Origin: Rikenellaceae bacterium
GTDB taxonomy: Bacteria > Bacteroidota > Bacteroidia > Bacteroidales > UBA932
DNA: 64,000 bases
Direction: 5' to 3'
Assembly: GCA_039683455.1 (NCBI GenBank)
Contig: JBDKRJ010000020.1
Location: 190,278 to 254,277 of the forward strand
Shown: piece after piece, positions 56,782 to 64,000 of the stretch
How positions within the stretch are numbered: position 1 is the first letter of the stretch
How the letters are laid out: every line of letters starts with the position of its first letter
The notes under the pieces: model-generated
Told to the model about the DNA's origin: nothing
Seen by the model: only the letters and a program-made list of their open reading frames with translations
The model's database searches: none
Made by a program: the position numbers and the translations under genes

Positions 56782-58887
56782 CTATTTAAGCTGATAGCGG
56801 AAATTGTCGAGGCAAACATTTGCCCAGTCAAACGACGAATAGGCCGCTGCCATACCGGTTTGTAGTTTACCCGTTGCCGGAGCACCGGAGATTCCGAGCG
56901 TAGCGAAATCGATGGTAACAGTCATCCATCCGCCTCCGGTTGTTGCAGTCACTCCGTCGGCTGCAAGAGGGAAGAACCCGCTTGTGCACCAGCCCCATTG
57001 ATCATTGCCAAGTTGCATTTGAATTGCATAATCGCCAACAACAAAGTCGTTGAGTATTTTCATATCAAATTTAACAACATAATCGGTAATATTAGGACAA
57101 CCCGGAAGGACAATGTTATTATTTGCCCACAACCATGTGAACCCGCTTATTGCAGCTGTAGTAGTGCCTTTATAGAACTTGTTTCCATCTTCCGATGCAA
57201 TTTGTCCTACGCCACCCCAGAGACCCCATTCCCAGCTTACATCTTCAAAGTCGGCAAATACGAGGGAGGCATCAACAATAGGTTCTTGTCCGCTTAGAGT
57301 GATAGAATTAGTTGTCATTACATCTTCTCCTTCATACGGAACAAGCTTTATTTTGTATGATCCCAGAGGTGTCTCCTTAGGTATTGTAAACTGCAGCCTC
57401 GCTTCAGATCTTAAACTGTATTTCATAACCTTGGTGGTGCCAAAATATACTGCCTCTACATTGTTAAGATTTGTGCCCAGAAGAGATATCTCTTCGCCTG
57501 GTCTTGCCTTGGCAGGCATTGTTGTTACCGTTGGCTTGGTCGAAGCATTGACGGTTAAAGAGGCATCTGAAACAACAGAAACGCCATTGGCAAGAGTCAA
57601 TGTAACTTTTCCACTTGTGGTGGTAAGAGGAGTTGAAACAGTCAATGATGTAGATCCGCCTGATGTAATTGTGCAACTTAGTCCGTTTACTTTTACTCCG
57701 GTTACTAAATCGAGGTTTGTGCCTGTAACGGTAAATGATTCCCCTGCAGTAAATTCCATAGGAGCCAAAGAGGTAATAGCCGGTTTAGCAAGCGTGATTT
57801 CAGTAGTCGTTACACTTTTGCCAGCATCGGTTGTGAGTGTAATTACCCCATCGACTGCTGTTTCTGGTATAGTTACGCTAACGGACCCTGGTGCATATGT
57901 AAAGATGCTGGCAACATTATCTGAGAATTTTAGTGCCGTAACAAGATCAAGATTATTCCCGGTAATGGAAATTCTGTTGCCTGCTTTAAAAATTGAGCCT
58001 ACAGCAAAAGCGAGATCAGATGGTACTACCATATCAAGGGAAGCATTGCTCACAACCTCTGTCCCCGACCAAGCTATAGTTTTGATTGTGCCATCTTTTG
58101 CATCTGAAGGAACAGTAACCTGTATTTTGGTTGCAGTTGCCAAAGTAAATGCTTCGGCAGAAACGGAGGAGCCTCCGGCAAATGAGATGCTCTTAACCAG
58201 GTCAAGATTGGTCCCGTTAATAGTCAGAACTGTACCCGCTTTGATATTGAGAGGTGAGATACTGGTAATGGTTTGTTGAGATATAGTCAGCTCCTGGTCG
58301 GAGTATAACTCGTTCCCGGCTGCATCAGTAATTTTTATCTTCCCTGATTTTGCTTCATTAGGAACAGCAACAACTATCTCTTTACGGGATTGGAGAACAA
58401 ATCCTGTTCCTTTAGCTTCTACAGGTGCATTACTCATAAATACCACAGAAGTAATATTATAAAGGTAGTCCCCCGTGATAGTTACATGATCGCCTGCTCT
58501 TATTGCAGATCCGACAGGAGAAATTGACGTAATGGAATATGGCTCTGTGAAAGTGAGCAAAGATTTAGATACAATTACACCCCCATCGAATTTAATTGTA
58601 ATCTTGCCTTCTGTCGCCTCTTGTGGTACAGGTACTTCAATCTTGGAAGAGTTTACAACTGTTATGTTTGTAACTTCAATACCTACCTGGAACACTACGC
58701 TTTTAATTTTATCAAGGTTGCTGCCTATGATGAACATATTTGTACCACGAAGTATAGGACTTGGTCCAAAGGCCTCAAGTACAACAGTTTTGTTATCATC
58801 GTCCTTATTACAGCTTGTTAATAAGGAGAGAGCCCCTATGAAGCATAGTGTAAATACAATCAGTTTATTAAATATTATTCTCTTCAT
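56782..58887 (-). CDS. Surface lipoprotein with six IPT/TIG repeats and a C-terminal glycan-binding-like module
   Basis: Lipobox (SLLTSC). Six repeats of about 80-90 aa each carry I(T/S)S(I/L)(S/A)P...AG..(V/L)TI.G.NLD.V..V.F. The C-terminal ~170 aa end in ..CLDNFRYQLK. Confidence 0.8.
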   Translation of the reverse strand: MKRIIFNKLIVFTLCFIGALSLLTSCNKDDDNKTVVLEAFGPSPILRGTNMFIIGSNLDKIKSVVFQVGIEVTNITVVNSSKIEVPVPQEATEGKITIKFDGGVIVSKSLLTFTEPYSITSISPVGSAIRAGDHVTITGDYLYNITSVVFMSNAPVEAKGTGFVLQSRKEIVVAVPNEAKSGKIKITDAAGNELYSDQELTISQQTITSISPLNIKAGTVLTINGTNLDLVKSISFAGGSSVSAEAFTLATATKIQVTVPSDAKDGTIKTIAWSGTEVVSNASLDMVVPSDLAFAVGSIFKAGNRISITGNNLDLVTALKFSDNVASIFTYAPGSVSVTIPETAVDGVITLTTDAGKSVTTTEITLAKPAITSLAPMEFTAGESFTVTGTNLDLVTGVKVNGLSCTITSGGSTSLTVSTPLTTTSGKVTLTLANGVSVVSDASLTVNASTKPTVTTMPAKARPGEEISLLGTNLNNVEAVYFGTTKVMKYSLRSEARLQFTIPKETPLGSYKIKLVPYEGEDVMTTNSITLSGQEPIVDASLVFADFEDVSWEWGLWGGVGQIASEDGNKFYKGTTTAAISGFTWLWANNNIVLPGCPNITDYVVKFDMKILNDFVVGDYAIQMQLGNDQWGWCTSGFFPLAADGVTATTGGGWMTVTIDFATLGISGAPATGKLQTGMAAAYSSFDWANVCLDNFRYQLK

Positions 58888-58898
58888 AATGCTTATCA

Positions 58899-60086
58899 TT
58901 ATTTGATTTTAACGATTCGTAAATTATCCATCCATAACTTAACTGGATATGTACCATCTGCCGCTCCAAAGAACATTCCGTGAAAGTCAACCAATGAGTT
59001 AAGGCTTGAAATCTTCCTGCTGTTTTCAGATTCGTCTTTGCTGTAAATAAACTCGCTCAGAGGTATAGTTACTGTTTTCCAGCCCGGAGTTGTAAAGTTT
59101 GTTTTAACTCCGTTGTTAAGGTATGGTTTCCAGTGATACTGGGCATCTGCTCCATCGACATTATGAGAGCCCTCATCGCTTGTAAACCATAGCAGAAATG
59201 GAGTATCGTGCCATTCATGACAGTAGTATTCAAACTTAAGTGCATAGTCTTCTACTTCTCCTTCTGTTACAATTGGAGTGCGGCCAGGTCTGTTGTAGTA
59301 GAATTGAATGGCATTTGCAGGCCATGCCCACGAACCAGTAGTTCCCTCTAATTTAACATATTGACCACTTAATCCTCCCTCTGTTCCAAAATCAGCCAGA
59401 TTCCAGTTGTTCCATGCGCTTGGATTTTCTCCGTCAACAAACAGCCCCTCTGAATCGCGGAAAGTAAATTGTGAACGTCCCTTTCCATACAACGAGGTAA
59501 CTGTAATAGTTCCGGGAAGAGTTCCTGCAGGAACGGTGCAGGTAATACTTTGATTATTAAAAGTTTTAACAACACCAGGAAGGTTGCCAGGGAAGAGGAC
59601 TTCAATTTTACCATCTGCGTCGGCAAAGAAGAAATCGCCAAGGATGGTGACATCTGAACCATCTTTTGCCCATTCACAGTCGATAGAATTTACTCGTGGA
59701 GAAGGGATAATAACTGCAAAATCATAAGTTGCCTCCTTTCCTTTTTTTGTTATGAGTTTAATTGTGTTTGTAATCTCACCGGGCATTGAGCCCGGAACTG
59801 TCACAATTATTGCATTGTCGGTAATATAGGTCGGGTTTAATCTTGCTTTCTGGTCATTGAACCACATCTCGCAAACCCCGGCAAATCCCTCTCCTATGAT
59901 AGCTATTGTGCTGCCCATGGAAGCGCTTACCAACAGGGAGTCGGAAGTTGCAGCATTTGTAGGCCGAATATATTTTACTACAGGTGTAGCTTCGCTTTCC
60001 AAGCCTTCCTCTTTTTCACAGGAAACGAAGAGTAAAGTGGAGGCTAAGGCTAATAATATATATATAAATTTTGTTCTCATATTCAT
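58899..60086 (-). CDS. Surface glycan-binding lipoprotein (two IPT-like domains plus C-terminal binding module)
   Basis: 395-aa ORF with a lipobox (LLFVSC) and IPT-like segments (IAIIGEGFAGV.., VTILGDFF..). The C-terminal module ends in ..LWMDNLRIVKIK, resembling the C-terminus of the downstream neighbour. It lies immediately downstream of susD. Confidence 0.7.
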   Translation of the reverse strand: MNMRTKFIYILLALASTLLFVSCEKEEGLESEATPVVKYIRPTNAATSDSLLVSASMGSTIAIIGEGFAGVCEMWFNDQKARLNPTYITDNAIIVTVPGSMPGEITNTIKLITKKGKEATYDFAVIIPSPRVNSIDCEWAKDGSDVTILGDFFFADADGKIEVLFPGNLPGVVKTFNNQSITCTVPAGTLPGTITVTSLYGKGRSQFTFRDSEGLFVDGENPSAWNNWNLADFGTEGGLSGQYVKLEGTTGSWAWPANAIQFYYNRPGRTPIVTEGEVEDYALKFEYYCHEWHDTPFLLWFTSDEGSHNVDGADAQYHWKPYLNNGVKTNFTTPGWKTVTIPLSEFIYSKDESENSRKISSLNSLVDFHGMFFGAADGTYPVKLWMDNLRIVKIK

Positions 60087-60097
60087 TATCTGATTAA

Positions 60098-61804
60098 TTA
60101 TTTAGCGTAATAATCTACAGCAGGTTCATTCAAAATCGGAGCTTTTGTAGTAACAGCCGCCGGAATAGGAATATACATAGATGCCCTGTCAAACAAGATG
60201 TTATCTACCCGTGAATTATTATCATCCACATTCGAGAGAGTTTGCCAGGAGAGTACATAATTGTTCTTGTCATTTTCAAAAATATACTTTTCGGCAGTTG
60301 TCATATTGTTGTAGCCGGTTTCATAGTTCAGTTTATATATCTGATCTCTCTTCATACCGTTAAGATATGCGTAGGCACCCTCCGGATCTCTGTAGAAGAA
60401 GCGTTTAACATCGAGCCAGTTTATACCTTCAAATGCAAACTCTTTACGACGCTCCTGAATGAGAGTTTCAAAAGTGAGGGTTCCCACTAAGTCAGCAAGA
60501 TTTGCGCGATGACGAATCATATTTACATAACGCAAAGCATTCGCATCCGTAGTAGAATTTCCAGTACCCATGCAGGCCTCTGCATATATCATATAGACAT
60601 CGGAAAGTCTTAAAACATAAATATTATTACCAGCATCCTGGTTGAGACCAACCTGTCCGTCGCAGTCGGTAGCTTTACCAATTACATATTTTTTAATATG
60701 GGACAGCATTTCATTTGGAGACTCTACCTGTGTGTCAATATTGTCGGGATCACGGTAGGAGTATTTATAAGTGTAGCCTCCATTTAGTTTGTCAAGATTC
60801 TGATAGTAATCGCCGTTAGTCATATATACCCATTTACGACGGGAATCTCCTTGCGTGTAAAGTTTTTGAAGCGAAATAGTAGGTCCTTTGCCTGCACCCC
60901 AGGTCTGGTCGGCAATTCTTGCTCCGCGAGAAAAGTTAACATTTCTTGAACTTCCGTCGCCATATTCACCCTTCATGCACTGAATGGCAAACAAAGATTC
61001 AGAAGAGTTATTCGCCCCAACATCGAACATGGTGCTATAATCGCTCCATAGAGCCAGCCCGCTGTTTTCAATTACATCAGCAGCCAGAGTTTTAGCATTT
61101 GTATAATATTCTCCGGATTTCTCATATGCCGCACGGGTAAGATATACTTTGGCCAGCATGCCCTTTGCACTCCATTTTGTAACACGACCCGGTTGTTCGG
61201 AAGTCTCCGGAAGATGTTCCACCGCAAACTCCAGATCTTCACACATAAAGCGGTACAAATTGGACTGAAGATTCTTGTTTACATAAATAGCTGTCGGATC
61301 GCCGGAAGTAATAAGTTCTGTCGAATTCTCGATAATTGGAACTTCGCCCCAGTACTCGGTGAGAAAAAGGTATGCAGTTGCTCTCATAAAACGGGCCTCG
61401 GCAATTGCGCGGTTTATTGCATCCTCGGAAACACCGTTATTAGATGCAGGAAGCGGCATGTCGTTTATAATTGAGTTGGCAAAGGATACCACTCTGTAAA
61501 GGCCTGTCCAGCCAGTGTTGCTATGACTGTTACCGGCACCAACCTTGTTGTAGTAGTAATGACCCTCCTGGTCATAGGTATAATAGAGGTCTCCTGCCAA
61601 TTCATCGCCTCCGAGCCACATGAACTGACAATGGAAATCCCACCACACTTTGCCATAGAGAGATGCTGTGTTAGCTCTCAATGCAGTTTCACTGGTATAG
61701 TAGTTGTCGGCAACCAACGAATCCTGCGGGGTAACAGTCAGGAAGTCTTCACAAGATGAGAATAAGACCACAGACATAATTAACATTAAAAATATTTTTT
61801 TCAT
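60098..61804 (-). CDS. RagB/SusD-family nutrient-binding lipoprotein
   Basis: The likely start is the ATG at 61804 (MKKIFLMLIMSVVLFSSC). It shows SusD-like helices (RFMRATAYLFLTEYWGEVPI, LAKVYLTRAAYEK) and sits directly after susC. Confidence 0.9.
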   Translation of the reverse strand: MKKIFLMLIMSVVLFSSCEDFLTVTPQDSLVADNYYTSETALRANTASLYGKVWWDFHCQFMWLGGDELAGDLYYTYDQEGHYYYNKVGAGNSHSNTGWTGLYRVVSFANSIINDMPLPASNNGVSEDAINRAIAEARFMRATAYLFLTEYWGEVPIIENSTELITSGDPTAIYVNKNLQSNLYRFMCEDLEFAVEHLPETSEQPGRVTKWSAKGMLAKVYLTRAAYEKSGEYYTNAKTLAADVIENSGLALWSDYSTMFDVGANNSSESLFAIQCMKGEYGDGSSRNVNFSRGARIADQTWGAGKGPTISLQKLYTQGDSRRKWVYMTNGDYYQNLDKLNGGYTYKYSYRDPDNIDTQVESPNEMLSHIKKYVIGKATDCDGQVGLNQDAGNNIYVLRLSDVYMIYAEACMGTGNSTTDANALRYVNMIRHRANLADLVGTLTFETLIQERRKEFAFEGINWLDVKRFFYRDPEGAYAYLNGMKRDQIYKLNYETGYNNMTTAEKYIFENDKNNYVLSWQTLSNVDDNNSRVDNILFDRASMYIPIPAAVTTKAPILNEPAVDYYAK

Positions 61805-61823
61805 CTCTTTTCTTTTTAATTGA

Positions 61824-64000
61824 TTAGAAACCAACATTAATACCTATCGTAACCATACGAGGTGTAGGATAGCGGCCTCTGTCTATGTTTTGCAGAAGCG
61901 AGCTTTGGTTGTAAGCACCAATTTCGGGATCATAACCTGAGTAGTCGGTAAGTGTATAGAGGTTTTGCCCGTTGACATACACCTTAAGATTTTTCATCCC
62001 CACCTTCATAGCAATACTTGCCGGGACCTGATATGATAAAGAGAGGTTTTGAATTCTCAGATATGAGCCATCCTCAATGAAGCGGGTAGACATACGGTTA
62101 TTTCTGTTAAAATCGTTTGTAGAAGGCCTTGGCATTTTTGTATCGGTATTTATCAGATATGCTTTTCCGCTTCCATCAATTCCCACTTGTGCCCTATTGC
62201 TCACCGATGAGCTCTGGTTATCCCATATTGAGGTCATTCCCTCGGTGCGAAATTTTGCAAAATTCAGAATGTCCGCTCCGTATGAACCTGTAAGAACAAG
62301 ACCCAGACTCCAGTTTTTGTAGGTGAATGTGTTTGTGAAGCCAAAAGTGAAATCGGGATTAGGGTTACCAATAACAGTCTGGTCCTTATCATCTATTACA
62401 CCATCTTCATAAACATCCTTAAATTTGATGTCGCCCACATATACTCCGGTATTTTTATTGATAAGGTTTGTACCTGGCACCAATGAATTCTCTACCTGTA
62501 CCGGACTATTGAGAATCTCATCTTCAGATGCAAATATGCCGTCCACAACATAACCATAGAATACTCCTATGGGCTGTCCCACTTTAATCATTGTTGCATT
62601 CTGAAATTCAGACCACCAGTCAACTTTCCCATAAAGTACCTGAGCGTCGTCATTAAGGGAGAGTACTTTGTTACGGTTTACAGATACCGTAAGGTTACTA
62701 CTCCAGCTGAAGTTCTCTTTTTCAAGAATTACAGAATTGATTGAAATATCGATACCACGGTTGCGGGTTTTGCCAATATTTACCATTGGCGTTGCAATGT
62801 CATTGTAGTCTGTTGATCCCCCCAGATACGAAGGTACAGATACTTGCAATAATAAGTCCTTTGTGTCTTTCTGATATACGTCCAGTGTAAAAGATAATTT
62901 TTCGTTGAACAGGCCGAGGTCGAGACCTGCGTTATACTGTTCAGATGCCTCCCACTTCAAATCGGGATTTGCAATATTCTTCATGCGGTATGCAGTTCCC
63001 AGAGGAGTTGTCATAGTGTACATCCCAGAACCGTAAAGATAGGTGCCAATATTCGAGCTTCCCACCTGACCATAACCCAGACGAAGCTTTAAATTGGAGA
63101 TGAAATTCATATTCTTCATAAACTGCTCATTACTTATCCTCCAGGCAGCTGCCACAGACGGGAAGTATCCCCATTTATTGTTTGAACCGAATTTAGATGA
63201 TGCATCGGCACGGAAGGTGGCAGTAAGCAGATATCTTTCATCGTAATTGTAATTTACGCGGCCAAAGAGAGAGACAGATGTTACCTTGTCTTTCCACCCT
63301 CTGTTCGAAACAAAATCGCCGTCTGTTGTAGCTATGTGAACATCGTTGCTTGAGAGGTTCTGCTTTATTATCTGGTGTCCCGACCATTCGGAAGAGGAGG
63401 TCTCAACCCCCGCCATAGATACAAGCCGGTGTTTTCCTCCAAACGACCTGTCATATGTAAGGTAGTTTTTCCAGATCCAGTATGAAGACTGGTCGTTACG
63501 CTGCAACAACTGATTGATGTTGTTAGCAATAACTCCGAACGAGTATGTTGGAACAAAAGCGTAGTTATTGTTATTTGAGAAGTCATAACCATATTCAGAA
63601 CGGATATTGAGCCCGTTGATTATATCTGCACTCAGGTAAAAGTTACCCATAACACGATTTCTGTCATACTCGTTGTTTTTCATAAGGGCCAGCCATACAG
63701 GATTGTACTGAGATGCTCCATTTACATCATTCGGACCTGCCCATGTACCGTCGAAATTGTAAACAGGGATGTTTGGCTGCATTGTCAATGCCTGCAAGAT
63801 TACACCATCGGTGCCATCATTGTTTGTAATAGTTTCTTTTGTATTTGTAAATGCAAGCGAAGCTCCGGCTTTTAACCATTTGAATACATTTCCGTCTACA
63901 TTTAAACGGGCGTTGAATCGTTCAAATTCCGAACCGATAACGACGCCTTCCTGTTTCATGTAACCACCACTAGCTGCGAATTGAACTTTATCGCTGCCTC
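61824..64000 (-). CDS. SusC/RagA-family TonB-dependent transporter (C-terminal ~725 aa; gene continues past the right edge)
   Basis: The open frame runs to the window edge, so the track Met at 63959 is internal. The beta-barrel strand pattern is typical, as is the C-terminal ...RMVTIGINVGF ending in Phe. Confidence 0.9.
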   Translation of the reverse strand, partial: GSDKVQFAASGGYMKQEGVVIGSEFERFNARLNVDGNVFKWLKAGASLAFTNTKETITNNDGTDGVILQALTMQPNIPVYNFDGTWAGPNDVNGASQYNPVWLALMKNNEYDRNRVMGNFYLSADIINGLNIRSEYGYDFSNNNNYAFVPTYSFGVIANNINQLLQRNDQSSYWIWKNYLTYDRSFGGKHRLVSMAGVETSSSEWSGHQIIKQNLSSNDVHIATTDGDFVSNRGWKDKVTSVSLFGRVNYNYDERYLLTATFRADASSKFGSNNKWGYFPSVAAAWRISNEQFMKNMNFISNLKLRLGYGQVGSSNIGTYLYGSGMYTMTTPLGTAYRMKNIANPDLKWEASEQYNAGLDLGLFNEKLSFTLDVYQKDTKDLLLQVSVPSYLGGSTDYNDIATPMVNIGKTRNRGIDISINSVILEKENFSWSSNLTVSVNRNKVLSLNDDAQVLYGKVDWWSEFQNATMIKVGQPIGVFYGYVVDGIFASEDEILNSPVQVENSLVPGTNLINKNTGVYVGDIKFKDVYEDGVIDDKDQTVIGNPNPDFTFGFTNTFTYKNWSLGLVLTGSYGADILNFAKFRTEGMTSIWDNQSSSVSNRAQVGIDGSGKAYLINTDTKMPRPSTNDFNRNNRMSTRFIEDGSYLRIQNLSLSYQVPASIAMKVGMKNLKVYVNGQNLYTLTDYSGYDPEIGAYNQSSLLQNIDRGRYPTPRMVTIGINVGF

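Noticed and set aside
57179-58279. 366-aa plus-strand ORF, the longest plus-strand ORF in the right half of the window
   Set aside because: It lies entirely antisense to the IPT-repeat lipoprotein gene. Its translation is low-complexity (V/T/S/P-rich) with no start context. It is simply the mirror of the codon-biased repeat region, while the minus-strand ORF has a lipobox and domain repeats.
1-64000. Scan for rRNA, tRNA, CRISPR arrays, integrases and toxin-antitoxin pairs
   Set aside because: I found no regularly spaced direct repeats, no cloverleaf-like GC-rich ~75-nt segments in the intergenic regions and no rRNA-like sequence. The only mobile-DNA signatures are the remnants at 43568-44408.

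Overview
This 64-kb window looks like Bacteroidota (Bacteroidales-like) chromosome. The evidence is SusC/SusD pairs, an ECF-sigma/FecR/STN-SusC signalling set, many lipoprotein-type signal peptides, TAnnTTTG-type promoter boxes and a general lack of Shine-Dalgarno spacing. Almost everything is on the minus strand. Left to right:

- 1-813: an arsR / thioredoxin-like / ArsF-like operon.
- 1051-2925: a cold-shock gene, an SPFH gene and a frameshifted rubrerythrin-like lipoprotein gene.
- 3011-8644: three secreted peptidases (PmbA-like, TldD-like, S46 dipeptidyl-peptidase).
- 9178-14450: a tightly coupled five-gene block with no family I can recognise. It sits directly behind an e(P4)-type acid phosphatase gene.
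- 15441-17527: a cation/proton antiporter and an eroded GH20 pseudogene.
- 17873-29520: a TPR-TM-LuxR regulator next to an ECF-sigma/anti-sigma-controlled SusC/SusD locus whose only enzyme is an M14 carboxypeptidase-like protein.
- 29958-34947: housekeeping genes (FabK-like flavin oxidoreductase, DUF1003, sodium:solute symporter, GNAT, pdxH).
- 35086-41708: an ilvD-ilvB-ilvN-ilvC-ilvA operon preceded by what looks like a classical leader-peptide attenuator.
- 41945-47991: a small mixed region (DUF2892, GDPD, pRiA4b-ORF3-like gene, a 5'-truncated transposase-type HTH remnant, thrC-like gene, alkaline phosphatase, GH20-like gene).
- 48042-64000: a mannan/glucomannan utilisation locus (cellobiose-2-epimerase-like, GPH symporter, GH130, GH26, GH3, GH26, two IPT-domain surface lipoproteins, SusD, partial SusC).

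I found no rRNA, tRNA or CRISPR array. The best candidate for an undescribed system is the 9178-14450 block. It encodes a single-TM coiled-coil protein of about 624 aa, two clearly paralogous helical proteins, a bactofilin-like beta-helix protein and a small helical protein. I saw no enzymatic motif in any of them. All family assignments rest on motifs read by eye, because no database search was possible.
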